This document shows positions 30,182-40,734 of a DNA stretch of 64,000 nt, in pieces; position 1 is the stretch's first letter; each line of letters opens with the position of its first letter. Made by a program: the position numbers and the translations under genes. Location of the stretch: contig JAQBVF010000005.1 in the NCBI GenBank assembly GCA_027623675.1, positions 1 to 64,000 of the forward strand, written 5' to 3'. The notes beneath the pieces were generated by a model that saw only the letters and a program-made list of their open reading frames with translations, was not told where the DNA came from and did not search any database. The DNA comes from Chloroflexota bacterium (GTDB lineage: Bacteria > Chloroflexota > Dehalococcoidia > Lucifugimonadales > UBA3495).

Positions 30182-31222
30182 ATGGCCCTTTCCAGAACGA
30201 TAGACACCCCGGGGTTGGATGACGCCTTTCCAGTGGAGCCCTCGACCAGGAGGCACGTCTTAGACCTGGACGATTTCTCTAAAGAAGAGATCACCGAGGT
30301 ACTTGAATCGGCCCGCGGCATGAAAGAGGTGTTGGGGCGGGACATCAAGAAAGTGCCGGCCCTGCGCGGCAAGGTAGTCGTAACCCTTTTCTACGAAGCC
30401 AGCACCCGCACCAGAATCTCATTCGAAGAGGCGGGCAAGGTTCTCAGCGCCGACGTGATCAATATGTCGGCGTCGGGCAGCAGCACCGAAAAGGGCGAGT
30501 CCCTGCTGAACACCGGGCTGACCATCCAGGCCATGGGCGTGGACACAATCGTGGTGCGCCATCCTCACTCGGGAGCGCCGTATCTGCTGGCCCGGCAGCT
30601 CAACAAAGTCAACATCATCAACGCGGGCGACGGTCTCCACGCCCATCCCACCCAGGCCCTGCTGGACCTGTACACCGTGCAAGACAAACTGGGCTGGGCC
30701 GCTGACAACCCGAATGGAAACTCGATAGAAGGCTTGAAGGTTGTCATCGTCGGCGATGTGCTCCACAGCCGGGTGGCCCGCTCCAACATCTGGGGTTTCG
30801 CCAAGATGGGGGCCAGGATCGTTCTGTCCGGCCCCGGTACCCTGATGCCGTCCGACATGCTGCGCTCCGGCAGGGTGGCCCGCTCCCAGATGGCCTCCAT
30901 GGTGGGGGTTGAAACAGACCTGGACCGGGCCATCGAAGGGGCTGACGTGGTCATGGCCCTGCGGCTGCAACAGGAACGCCAGCACGCCGGGTTCCTGCCC
31001 AGTTTGCGGGAGTACATCCGCCGCTGGCAGGTCACCGAAGACCGCCTGACGAAAGCAAATCCGGGAGTGATAGTGATGCACCCCGGCCCCATGAACGAAG
31101 GCATCGAGATCAGCAACAACGTCGCCCACGGCGGCGCTTCAGTGATAGAAGAACAGGTGACCAACGGAGTGGCCATACGCATGGCCTTGCTCTACCGATT
31201 GACCATCGGGCCGGGGAATTAA
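30182..31222 (+). CDS. pyrB: aspartate carbamoyltransferase catalytic subunit
   Basis: FYEASTRTRISFE, NAGDG.HAHPTQALLD, MHPGPMN. Confidence 0.97.
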   Translation: MALSRTIDTPGLDDAFPVEPSTRRHVLDLDDFSKEEITEVLESARGMKEVLGRDIKKVPALRGKVVVTLFYEASTRTRISFEEAGKVLSADVINMSASGSSTEKGESLLNTGLTIQAMGVDTIVVRHPHSGAPYLLARQLNKVNIINAGDGLHAHPTQALLDLYTVQDKLGWAADNPNGNSIEGLKVVIVGDVLHSRVARSNIWGFAKMGARIVLSGPGTLMPSDMLRSGRVARSQMASMVGVETDLDRAIEGADVVMALRLQQERQHAGFLPSLREYIRRWQVTEDRLTKANPGVIVMHPGPMNEGIEISNNVAHGGASVIEEQVTNGVAIRMALLYRLTIGPGN

Positions 31223-31268
31223 AGTCTCAAGGCTATAAGAACAAGACACCCAGACCGAGGGAGAACGT

Positions 31269-32642
31269 TTGGAAACCCAAAGCATATTTATTCGTCACGC
31301 CAGGATCATCGACCCGAGCCGCCAGTTGGACCGGGTGGGGGACCTGCTGCTGGGCGGCGGCGAGATTCTGGCCGCCGGAAGGTTGGGCGTCGACCGCATA
31401 CCGGATGGAGCGATAGTCATTAACGGCCTGGGATTGGTCGCCAGCCCCGGCTTTATAGATCTGCACTGTCATCTTAGGGAGCCCGGCTTCGAGTACAAAG
31501 AGACCATCGCCGCTGGCTCGAGGGCCGGAGCCAAGGGCGGTTTTACAACCCTCTGCTGCATGCCCAACACCGACCCGCCGATAGATAACGCGGCGGTGGT
31601 CGACTACATCCGCCAGCGGGCCCGCCAAGATTCTTTGATCCGCATCCTGTCCATCGGCTGTGTGACCAAGGGCCGCAAGGGACTGGAACTGGCGGAGATG
31701 GAAGAACTGGCCAACGCCGGGGTTGTGGCCTTCAGCGACGACGGCGACCCGGTCTACGACGCCAACCTGATGCGGCTGGCCCTGACCTATAGCTCGGACC
31801 TGGGCTTGCCCATCAGCAACCACTGCCAGGACCGTTCGCTGTCGTGCAACGGCGTGATGGCGGAGGGCTCGGTGGCCACGCACCTGGGTCTGGATGGCAT
31901 CCCCGCCGCCGCCGAAGAGGCCATGATTGCCAGGGACATCGCCCTGGCCGAGTCAACCGGCGGCCGGCTCCATGTGGCGCATCTCAGCACGGCGGGCAGC
32001 GTGCCGCTGGTCCGCGAAGCCAAGGAACGAGGCCTGCCGGTGACCGCCGAGGTCTGCCCCCATCATCTGACCATCACCGACCAATGGGTGCTGGGCGGCA
32101 AGGGCGAACCAAGAGCTTCGGCGGGCTCTCTGGCCTACGACACCGCCACCAAGGTCTACCCGCCGTTGCGGGCGCAAAGGGACGTCGATGCCCTGATTCA
32201 GGGTCTGGCCGATGGGGTGATCGACTGCATCGCCACCGATCACGCGCCCCACGACATAACCAGCAAACAGGTCACCTACCAAGACGCGGCCTTTGGTATC
32301 AGCGTGTTGGAGACGGCTTTGGGCTCGCTGCTACAGTTGGTCCATGGCAAGAAGCTGAGCATGGGGGCATTGGTCGACCGGTTGACCAACGGCCCCGCCA
32401 AAGTGCTGGGCGAGAGCTACGCCGATCTGGCGTCGATGCAACCCGGGACCGCCGCCGACGTCGTCTTGTTCGACCCGGAGGAAGACTGGACGGTAGATAC
32501 GTCTGAGTTCGAGTCCAAGGGCAGGAACACGCCGCTGGAAGGCACTAAGCTCAAGGGGCGGGTGGTGGCCACGTTCTCTGGCGGCAACATGGTTTATCAA
32601 GGTCCGGGACTCAGGTTCGAAGAGTCCCGCGCCAGGGTGTGA
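31269..32642 (+). CDS. pyrC: dihydroorotase
   Basis: DLHCHLREPG, MPNTDP, PPLR, ATDHAPH; TTG start. Confidence 0.96.
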   Translation: METQSIFIRHARIIDPSRQLDRVGDLLLGGGEILAAGRLGVDRIPDGAIVINGLGLVASPGFIDLHCHLREPGFEYKETIAAGSRAGAKGGFTTLCCMPNTDPPIDNAAVVDYIRQRARQDSLIRILSIGCVTKGRKGLELAEMEELANAGVVAFSDDGDPVYDANLMRLALTYSSDLGLPISNHCQDRSLSCNGVMAEGSVATHLGLDGIPAAAEEAMIARDIALAESTGGRLHVAHLSTAGSVPLVREAKERGLPVTAEVCPHHLTITDQWVLGGKGEPRASAGSLAYDTATKVYPPLRAQRDVDALIQGLADGVIDCIATDHAPHDITSKQVTYQDAAFGISVLETALGSLLQLVHGKKLSMGALVDRLTNGPAKVLGESYADLASMQPGTAADVVLFDPEEDWTVDTSEFESKGRNTPLEGTKLKGRVVATFSGGNMVYQGPGLRFEESRARV

Positions 32643-32763
32643 CAACCCGAGTCAAACATCCCAGCTCCCAACGAGAAAACACAGAAACACAGCAAGAAAC
32701 CGTTGCAAGCAACCATGGAAAAAATCGCGAACCAAATCGTAAATAAGGAGCGGGTGCGCTACG

Positions 32764-33882
32764 TTGCGTGATCCAGGCAAGCCCGGAGGGCCAGCTTTTC
32801 TGGTCCTAGAAGACGGCTCGGTCCACGAAGGACTAAGTTTTGGCGCCGAGGCCGACGGCCTTGGCGAGACGGTGTTCAACACCAGCATGACCGGCTATCA
32901 GGAGATCCTGACTGACCCGTCCTATGCCGGACAATTGGTGTTACTGACCTATCCTCTGGTGGGGAACTACGGCATCAACCCCCAGGATTTTGAGTCGGCC
33001 CGCATCCAGGTCGGCGGCATGATCGTGCGGGAGCACTGCGAGCAGCCCAGCCACGGCCGCAGCGACCGGACCCTGCATGAGTTCCTAGCCAGCCAGGGCA
33101 TCCCCGGCATCTGCGAGATTGACACCAGGGCCGTCACCCGCCGGCTGCGGTCGAACGGCGTCATGATGGGCGTCATAACCACCGGAGACCCCGATGCGGC
33201 GCTGAGGCGGCTGCAAGACACCCCCGCCTACGACGACATGGATTACGTCGCCACCGTCAGCACCGGCCAGCCGTATGACTGGCCCGGCGGAGAAGCCGGG
33301 GAAGATGAGGATGCCAAACGACACATCCTGGTGACCGACTGCGGCCTCAAGTACAACATCCTGCGGCAGCTCCGCCGCCGGGGCTGCCGGGTGACGGTGG
33401 TGCCAGCGGCGACACCAGGGGAGGACCTGCTGGCGTTGGAGCCCTCGGGGATCCTGTTCTCCCCCGGTCCCGGCGACCCCCAGATGCTGGACTACGTGGT
33501 GGACAACACCCGCCAAATCCTGGGCCGGGTCCCGGTTATGGGTATCTGCTTAGGCCACCAGATAGTCGCCCGGGCGCTGGGCGCTGGGACCTTCAAGCTA
33601 AAGTTCGGCCACCGGGGCGGCAACCACCCGGTCAAAGACCTGGCCGACGGACGCGTTTACATAACCGCGCAGAACCACGGTTATTCCGTCAGCGCGGAGA
33701 AACTGCCGTCGGGCTTGGAGGTCTCACATATCAACTTAAATGACCAAACTGTGGAAGGTCTCAGGCATAAAAACATGCCCCTATTTACCATACAATATCA
33801 CTCCGAGGCTTCACCCGGACCCAGGGACAACGAGTATCTGTTCGACCAGTTCATCGACATGGTCGACGATTTTCAAGCCTGA
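32764..33882 (+). CDS. carA: carbamoyl-phosphate synthase small subunit
   Basis: FNTSMTGYQEILTDPSY, GICLGHQ, QYHSEASPGP. Confidence 0.97.
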   Translation: MRDPGKPGGPAFLVLEDGSVHEGLSFGAEADGLGETVFNTSMTGYQEILTDPSYAGQLVLLTYPLVGNYGINPQDFESARIQVGGMIVREHCEQPSHGRSDRTLHEFLASQGIPGICEIDTRAVTRRLRSNGVMMGVITTGDPDAALRRLQDTPAYDDMDYVATVSTGQPYDWPGGEAGEDEDAKRHILVTDCGLKYNILRQLRRRGCRVTVVPAATPGEDLLALEPSGILFSPGPGDPQMLDYVVDNTRQILGRVPVMGICLGHQIVARALGAGTFKLKFGHRGGNHPVKDLADGRVYITAQNHGYSVSAEKLPSGLEVSHINLNDQTVEGLRHKNMPLFTIQYHSEASPGPRDNEYLFDQFIDMVDDFQA

Positions 33883-34074
33883 TGCCCAGCCGTACTGAAC
33901 GGTTGGGCCGGCCAAGGATCAGAGAAGCCAATTAAACCGGAGCGTGATCGCTCCGATATTCGAGGAGGCGGCCACTGAGTTATTAGCAGTCAAGGTTAGG
34001 GCGAACCGATAGGACAAGCCCAAACTTCAGATTCCGACCCCAACAGGGCGCGATTATCATTTGGAGGAATATTA

Positions 34075-34491
34075 ATGTCTTCATTCGCCATGTTTCTGCT
34101 GGAGGGGGGTGTGGATGTGGAGGTGGCGGTGGACTTTGCGGGGATCGCCTCTTTGCTAGAAGAGGAAACGGCCCGCTATTCTTGTGGTGAGTACATTTAC
34201 AGATTGAGAGCAGGCAAGGGTACGCTGGGACAGCGTTGGGACCTGGTGGTAAATGCCATCGACCCCAGTGCGGAAGGCCAGCGGATGTATCCCTTGGGAC
34301 GGCTAGAGGTGGTGCCCGTGGGTCCAGGGGTAACCAACATCAACGTACCTCCCAGAATCGAACAGAGGGTTCTTGGCGAGGATGCGGCCGATTGGGACGG
34401 CAGGCTCTTCTGCTCGTTCGTCTCCCAGTTGCTCAATTCATTGCACACGCGGAGCTTGATTGAGTTGCCGTGTTTGCTTCCGACGGTTTAA
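34075..34491 (+). CDS. hypothetical protein between carA and carB
   Basis: GGAGG RBS before ATG; 138-aa ORF. Confidence 0.75.
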   Translation: MSSFAMFLLEGGVDVEVAVDFAGIASLLEEETARYSCGEYIYRLRAGKGTLGQRWDLVVNAIDPSAEGQRMYPLGRLEVVPVGPGVTNINVPPRIEQRVLGEDAADWDGRLFCSFVSQLLNSLHTRSLIELPCLLPTV

Positions 34492-34709
34492 CGGACGGTA
34501 TAACGACTGTTTAGCCGATTTAGGTCTTGGATAAGCCCATCTTTCCCGTACGGGAAAGATGGGCTTATCTTCGAGTTACAGGCCGCATGGCCGGTCCCGG
34601 CAGCGCCGGGTTATGGTCAAAAAGTACGGCCGGGTATAACATCGAAAGGCACATATCTCCGGCCCCAAATGGGTCCGTGGCCGCAGCGAACTGCGGAAAG
34701 GAGGACAAC

Positions 34710-37700
34710 ATTCCCGACAAGCCAAAAAAGGTGCTCGTGATCGGTTCTGGCCCTATCGTCATTGGGCAAGCGGCTGAATTCGACTACGCCGGAACACAGG
34801 CCTGCAAGTCCCTTCGGGAAGAGGGCGTTACAACCGTCCTCGTCAACTCCAATCCGGCCACGATCATGACCGACCAGGGCATCGCCGACCGCGTTTATAT
34901 CGAGCCGCTTACCGTGGAGGTCCTGGAACGGATCATCGCCAGGGAGCGGCCCGATGGCATCCTGCCCACCTTGGGAGGCCAGACCGGGCTTAACCTGGCC
35001 GTGGAACTGGCCGACGCTGGAGTCCTTGAACGCTACGATGTTGGCCTTCTGGGAACGCCCTTGGAGACCATTCGGCGCTCCGAGGACCGGGACTTCTTCC
35101 GCACCTTCCTCCACGAGATCGACGAGCCAGAGCCCGAGAACCAGAGCGTTAACACCATGGAACAGGCCTGGGACGCCGCCAAACGGATGGGACTTCCTCT
35201 CGTGGTCCGGCCGGCCTACACCCTGGGCGGCAGCGGCGGCGGCATCGCCAACAACGAGGAAGAGTTCGAACACTTCGCCCGTTCCGGTCTGGCGGCTAGC
35301 CCCATCTCCCAGATCCTGTTGGAACGCTCTCTCGTCGGCTGGAAAGAGATCGAATACGAAGTGATGCGCGACGGCGCCAACAACTGCATCACCATCTGCA
35401 ACATGGAAAACCTGGACCCAATGGGCGTCCACACCGGCGACAGCATCGTGGTGGCCCCCAGCCAGACGCTGAGCGACCGGGAATACCAGATGCTCCGCAC
35501 CGCCAGCATCAAGATAATCAGGGGATTGGGCATCGAGGGCGGTTGCAACGTCCAGTTCGCCCTGCAGCCCCATCCCAGCGTCTCCAAGGCCCTGGGACAG
35601 GAATGGAACCCAGAATCGCCCTATTACGTGATTGAGGTCAACCCCAGGGTTAGCCGCAGCTCGGCTCTGGCCAGCAAGGCCACCGGCTATCCCATAGCCA
35701 GGGTCGCCGCCAAGATCGCGGTGGGCAAGAGGCTGGACGAGATCGAAAACGCCGTCACCAGACAGACCATGGCTGCATTTGAGCCGGCCCTGGACTACTG
35801 TGTGCTCAAGATTCCCCGTTGGCCATTCGACAAGTTCCCCCACGGTGACCGCCGGACCACCACCCAGATGAAAGCCACCGGCGAAGTCATGGTTATCGAG
35901 CGGTCATTCGAGGCTGCTTTGCAGAAGGGCGCCCGCTCGTTGGAGTTGGGCGGCCGGACCATGCTCTGGGAGGACCCAGCCTGGCGGACCGAAGGCAAAC
36001 TGTCTCTGGACCAGCTCCCCCTTGGCCCCAACGATGAACGCCTGTGGGCCTTGATGGCGGCGCTGCGGCGGGGAGCCACGGTGGCGGAATTGGTCGAGCA
36101 TACCTACATAGAGCCGTGGTTCATCAACGCCATGGAGCGCATCGTGAAGATGGAACGGCGGCTGCTCGGCGAGCAGCTCACGCCCAGCCTGCTCCGGTCG
36201 GCCAAGCGGATGGGCTTCTCCGACGGTCAGGTGGGCACCCTGGCCGACATGCTGCCGGAACAGGTGCGCAACCAACGTCACGAATGGGGCCTGCGTCCCG
36301 TTTACAAGACGGTAGATACCTGCGCCGCGGAATTCGAGGCCGTCACCCCCTATTACTACAGCACCTATGACCAGGAGAACGAGGCCCCGCCCTTAAAGGG
36401 CAGGAAGGCGGTGGTCATTGGCAGCGGCCCGATCCGCATCGGACAGGGCATCGAGTTCGACTATTGCAGCGTCCATGCCTCTTGGGCGCTCTCCGAGGCC
36501 GGTGTCCGCAGCATCATGATCAACTCCAACCCGGAGACTGTATCCACCGACTTTGACGCCAGCGACCGGCTCTATTTCGAGCCGCTGGACGAAGAATCGG
36601 TCCGTGACATATTGGAGAACGAAGAGGTTGACGACGTCGTGCCTCCCTCGGTGGTGCAGTTCGGCGGCCAAACGGCCATCAACCTGTCCCAGTCGTTGTC
36701 CATGGCCGGCATGCCCATCTTGGGTTCGAGCGCCGAGGCCATCGACATCGCCTCCGACCGGCACAAGTTCGAGGACTTTTTGGCCCGGCTGGGCATTCCC
36801 CAGCCGCCTGGCGCAGCTGTAACCTCGGTAGAAGAGGCCCTAAAGGTGGCCCAGAACATCGGCTATCCCGCCGTGGTGCGCCCCAGCTACGTCTTGGGCG
36901 GGCGGGCTATGGAGATCGTCCAGAACGCCACCGAGTTGATCTACTACCTTACGGCGGCGGTGGAGATGTCCCCGGACAAACCGGTGCTGATCGACCGGTA
37001 CATGGAGGGGAAGGAGTGTGAGGTCGACGCCATCTGCGACGGGGAGCAGGTGCTGATTCCCGGCATCATGGAGCACGTGGAGCGGGCCGGAGTCCATAGC
37101 GGAGACTCCATGGCCATCTATCCCGGCCTTAACCTCAGTCCACGCGAGGTCGAAACCATCGTCGATTACACAACCCGGATCGGCCTGGCCCTGGGGGTTA
37201 AAGGCTTGATGAACGTGCAATTCGTCATCCACGGCGGCGCGGCTTACCGCAGCCCCAGGACCCACCAAGACGACGGCGAACCCACCACGGTTTACATAAT
37301 CGAGGTAAACCCGCGCGGCAGCCGGACCATCCCATTCATATCGAAACTCACCGGGGTGCCGGTGGCGAAACTGGCGACTCGGATCATGCTGGGAGAGACG
37401 TTAACGGGCTTGGGTTTCCAGGGCGGATTGTGGCCGTCCCAAAACCTGGTTGGGGTAAAGGCCCCGGTGTTCTCCATGGCCAAGCTGGTGGGCGTTGACT
37501 GGCATCTGGGGCCGGAGATGAAATCCACCGGCGAAGTGATGGGGGTCGACCGCGATTTTCAAAAGGCGCTGACCAAGGCCCTATTGGCGGCCAACCTGGA
37601 GCTGGTTCCGGGGACCGGGGTGCTCCTCAGTATCGCCGATCAACACAAGGCGGAAGCAGCCTCTTTGGTGCGGGACCTGAATAACGCCGGCTGCCTGCTC

Positions 37701-38012
37701 TACGCCACCGAGGGCACGGCGGCGATGATCTCGGCGATGGGCTTGCCGGTGAACATGACCACCAAGAAGCTGAGCGAAGGTCATCCCAACGTGGTGGACG
37801 TGATCGAAGACGGCAGCGTGAAGGCAGTGATAAACACCATCTCTGGCGCTCCAGACGTCATGCGCGACGGGTTCTACATCCGGAGGGCGGCGGTGGAGAA
37901 GCACATACCCTGCTTTACCTCGCTAGACACCGCCCGGGCCGCCGCCGAGAGCCTGTCCATGGAACCGGCGTCATACAACATCGCCACCATCGGCGAATAC
38001 CTGAACGGCTAG
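34710..38012 (+). CDS. carB: carbamoyl-phosphate synthase large subunit, apparent ATT start
   Basis: GSGPIVIGQAAEFDY, two ATP-grasp domains and MGS domain; AAGGAGG-5nt-ATT CCC at the position of the usual N-terminal Met-Pro. Confidence 0.95.
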   Translation: MPDKPKKVLVIGSGPIVIGQAAEFDYAGTQACKSLREEGVTTVLVNSNPATIMTDQGIADRVYIEPLTVEVLERIIARERPDGILPTLGGQTGLNLAVELADAGVLERYDVGLLGTPLETIRRSEDRDFFRTFLHEIDEPEPENQSVNTMEQAWDAAKRMGLPLVVRPAYTLGGSGGGIANNEEEFEHFARSGLAASPISQILLERSLVGWKEIEYEVMRDGANNCITICNMENLDPMGVHTGDSIVVAPSQTLSDREYQMLRTASIKIIRGLGIEGGCNVQFALQPHPSVSKALGQEWNPESPYYVIEVNPRVSRSSALASKATGYPIARVAAKIAVGKRLDEIENAVTRQTMAAFEPALDYCVLKIPRWPFDKFPHGDRRTTTQMKATGEVMVIERSFEAALQKGARSLELGGRTMLWEDPAWRTEGKLSLDQLPLGPNDERLWALMAALRRGATVAELVEHTYIEPWFINAMERIVKMERRLLGEQLTPSLLRSAKRMGFSDGQVGTLADMLPEQVRNQRHEWGLRPVYKTVDTCAAEFEAVTPYYYSTYDQENEAPPLKGRKAVVIGSGPIRIGQGIEFDYCSVHASWALSEAGVRSIMINSNPETVSTDFDASDRLYFEPLDEESVRDILENEEVDDVVPPSVVQFGGQTAINLSQSLSMAGMPILGSSAEAIDIASDRHKFEDFLARLGIPQPPGAAVTSVEEALKVAQNIGYPAVVRPSYVLGGRAMEIVQNATELIYYLTAAVEMSPDKPVLIDRYMEGKECEVDAICDGEQVLIPGIMEHVERAGVHSGDSMAIYPGLNLSPREVETIVDYTTRIGLALGVKGLMNVQFVIHGGAAYRSPRTHQDDGEPTTVYIIEVNPRGSRTIPFISKLTGVPVAKLATRIMLGETLTGLGFQGGLWPSQNLVGVKAPVFSMAKLVGVDWHLGPEMKSTGEVMGVDRDFQKALTKALLAANLELVPGTGVLLSIADQHKAEAASLVRDLNNAGCLLYATEGTAAMISAMGLPVNMTTKKLSEGHPNVVDVIEDGSVKAVINTISGAPDVMRDGFYIRRAAVEKHIPCFTSLDTARAAAESLSMEPASYNIATIGEYLNG

Positions 38013-38243
38013 AGTGTTCCGGTTATTGTCCTGGCCGCCAATTTTCCCATTCCCCTGCCAAAAAGGGTTATTCCCTTTTCCTTTTACCAAAGATAATTAG
38101 CGCCTAATTGCACGGTTTGGGTCATTCGATTTGTGGTCTTGGGCGGGCGGTCTGCTTGCTTGGAATCAACTTTGCATCAGGGTGGCAAAGGATGATTAGT
38201 CCGACCACCAAGGTTCTTATTCGTAGAGGCATTATTCTTTGAT

Positions 38244-39257
38244 TTAGCCTCTGATAAGCGGATCACCGTCGTTGCCAAGATAACGCCCCGAAGATCCAGA
38301 GTGGCTCCAGTCACGAGACCGAAAAACGTCATAGATCATATATATGGCGTTGGCAATCCGGTCTCTCCCGCGAAACCCCGGCCAGGCGAAGGCCAAGTGC
38401 CGAGGCTTTCTTAGCCGCTTTGTGATCAGGTCAAGTTCCTTATCTCCCAGAGTGTTTAGACGGTGGGCGTGCTCACACAGAGATAGGGCGTAATCCAAGT
38501 AGCCATACACAACACAGATGGTGAGACCCTTCAAAAAGGCGGCTTTGCTGCAATCGGCCTCTATCAAAAGTGCTTCCGGGGTTTTGAGATATAACGCGTC
38601 GGCGAACACCATTTGGCCTTTCCTGCCTCCGATATATTTGGCGTTCTCTCGCTTCCAGTCGATGGGTCTCATGTCGAATAAAGCGAAACCCAAGCTTCGA
38701 AGATATTGGTCTACGTCCGAGAACAGGGGTTGTTCTTGGTAAAGTTCGGCGAATTCGACTTCCACTTCAATGCCAAATACCGATTTGTCCAACGTTTCAG
38801 ACCCGCCCTGAAGTATCAACAACTCAGTGCCCTGGGTATCAAGCTTGATGAAATCAACACTATCAATGCCGCCTTCCCTCAAAGCCTGGTCAAGCGGCTT
38901 AACCGTAACTTTGGTGGTGGATAATATGTCCCAACGGTCAGCCTCGGGGAATTCCGACAAGAACTTTGCATTGGGTCGAAGGAGCGATGAACACCCCGGG
39001 CTCCGCGTGTTGTAGAAATCGGCTTCTCCAGCCACATTCGAAAGCGCCGTATTTAGGTAGGTGTGACCTCTTGAGCCGCTAGATTCATTGGCCAGTGCTC
39101 GATACGCCTCGGGGTCGGGTTCAAACCCAATCACCTGCAAGTGCTTCCTGCATTGGTTCCAACGGGTGTGGATACCGCCCCTGACTCCTATATCAACCAA
39201 CCGTAGAGGAAATTCGTGGTAATAGGCATCAAAGGTAGGATCGAAAAACGGATTCAT
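38244..39257 (-). CDS. FkbM family methyltransferase
   Basis: VDIGVRGG, GFEPD, DFIKLDTQGTELLILQG, EVEF..LYQEQPLF; visibly more AT-rich than neighbours. Confidence 0.88.
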   Translation of the reverse strand: MNPFFDPTFDAYYHEFPLRLVDIGVRGGIHTRWNQCRKHLQVIGFEPDPEAYRALANESSGSRGHTYLNTALSNVAGEADFYNTRSPGCSSLLRPNAKFLSEFPEADRWDILSTTKVTVKPLDQALREGGIDSVDFIKLDTQGTELLILQGGSETLDKSVFGIEVEVEFAELYQEQPLFSDVDQYLRSLGFALFDMRPIDWKRENAKYIGGRKGQMVFADALYLKTPEALLIEADCSKAAFLKGLTICVVYGYLDYALSLCEHAHRLNTLGDKELDLITKRLRKPRHLAFAWPGFRGRDRIANAIYMIYDVFRSRDWSHSGSSGRYLGNDGDPLIRG

Positions 39258-39507
39258 TACGACCGCCTTGAGGATTTTCCTGGTTGCTCTGGCAAGGCGC
39301 CTACATGATAAGCAAAAGGGATTTGGTTTAGCGTCCTTCGGCGGGGGCGCTTTGCACAAGAAGGTGAATGCAGTTGTTCATTTGTGCGTGGATTTTAGGG
39401 GTAAGGTGGACCCGGGTTTTCGGACAGGTGTTTAAGTGGGAGTTCCAATCCGAAAATAGCCACAGCAACAGGTGTGGCGACCGGCGAAATATGAGGAAGC
39501 GTACCAG

Positions 39508-39537
39508 AAGGCTTATATCTGTAAGGCTTATATCTGT
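39508..39537. repeat. 15-bp perfect tandem duplication
   Basis: AAGGCTTATATCTGT twice. Confidence 0.8.
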
Positions 39538-39607
39538 GGCCGGGCTGATCCGGGCGGTCGGGAGGCCAAGACTGGGATCGGGAATTACTACCTCTTCTGC
39601 CGCCTGG

Positions 39608-40561
39608 CTACCAGTCCAGCTCCGTGCCCAGACCCTGTGCTTTGGCCTTGTCGTAGGCCAGTTTGGCGGCGGCGACATCTGCCACGCCCGTGCCCATGAT
39701 CTTGGCGTAGACCACCTGGTCCCTGCTCTCTCGTCCGGTCACCGCCCCAGACACCACATGCCTAAGCTCGTGGACCTTGCTCCACTGGATGATCCCCTTG
39801 TCCACCGCGCTGCACAGGTCGCCGGCCTCGATCCGTGCCTGTTCTGTCGAATCGACGATGAGCCTCCCGGCGCGGGCGATTGTCGCATCGTCAACCTCCC
39901 GGGCGCGCCAGGTGGTGGGTCCGGCGCCGATGACGGTGCTGCCGTCCTTGAGCCAGGACCCTTCAACCACCGGGTCCATGGTGGCGGCGATACAGACAAC
40001 CACGTCGCAATCGCGGACGGCCTCCTCGTTGGTGGCGGCGGCGGAGACATCGATGCCCAAGTCGCCGGTCATCTTGCGGGCGAATCCTTCCCGGCGCTCC
40101 TTGGTGCGGCTGAATGCTTTTACGTTCTTGATGCCCCGAACCTTGGAGATGGCTTCCAATTGCGTGGGCGCCTGGCCGCCGGTGCCGATCAACCCCACGG
40201 TGAGGTTGCCGGGGTTGGCCAGGTGTTTGACCGTTACGCCGGTGGACGCGCCGGTGCGGAGTTGGCCCAGCCGGTTGGCCTGGGTGTAGCAGAGCAGCTT
40301 ACCCGTGCCGGCGTCGTAAAGGCTGACCTGGAAGGAGTAGGCGCCCTTGACCACCGTGTAGGTCTTGACTCCCAGTAGTCCCTGGTGGAAGAGGCCGCCG
40401 CCCATCACCGACAGCATGCCGCCATCGGCGATGATCTTGCGGCGGGTCATGTTATGGGCTTTGCCTTCGCCGTATTGGCGTTGCATGTTTTCTATGGCCA
40501 CCAGCATGTCATCCATGGTCACGCATTGGGCCACATCTTCGTCTTTGAGGAAAAGAGTCAT
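39608..40561 (-). CDS. ornithine cyclodeaminase/mu-crystallin family protein
   Basis: LRTGAST, IGTGGQA, EAGDL, GTGVADVAAA. Confidence 0.9.
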   Translation of the reverse strand: MTLFLKDEDVAQCVTMDDMLVAIENMQRQYGEGKAHNMTRRKIIADGGMLSVMGGGLFHQGLLGVKTYTVVKGAYSFQVSLYDAGTGKLLCYTQANRLGQLRTGASTGVTVKHLANPGNLTVGLIGTGGQAPTQLEAISKVRGIKNVKAFSRTKERREGFARKMTGDLGIDVSAAATNEEAVRDCDVVVCIAATMDPVVEGSWLKDGSTVIGAGPTTWRAREVDDATIARAGRLIVDSTEQARIEAGDLCSAVDKGIIQWSKVHELRHVVSGAVTGRESRDQVVYAKIMGTGVADVAAAKLAYDKAKAQGLGTELDW

Positions 40562-40734
40562 CGCTGGAAGGTACCTCCGCCGTGGCCCAGGCGCGCAAAC
40601 CCGCATCAGGCCGATTGCCATTTCGCCGCTAGCCGCGGGCCGACAGCCAAATGGTGGGGGCTAGTATACGTCTGCCAGAAGTCCCTGACTATATAGGGGA
40701 AGCGGTCCGGAAGCAGGAAGCCGCGGCGGCCGAG

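Noticed and set aside
32500..32520. tRNA T-loop-like GTTCGAGTCC
   Set aside because: Lies inside pyrC coding sequence with no cloverleaf.
34527..34709. 61-aa N-terminal extension of CarB in the ORF track
   Set aside because: It does not resemble CarB, has no convincing RBS, and overlaps promoter-like sequence. The strong RBS points to 34710.
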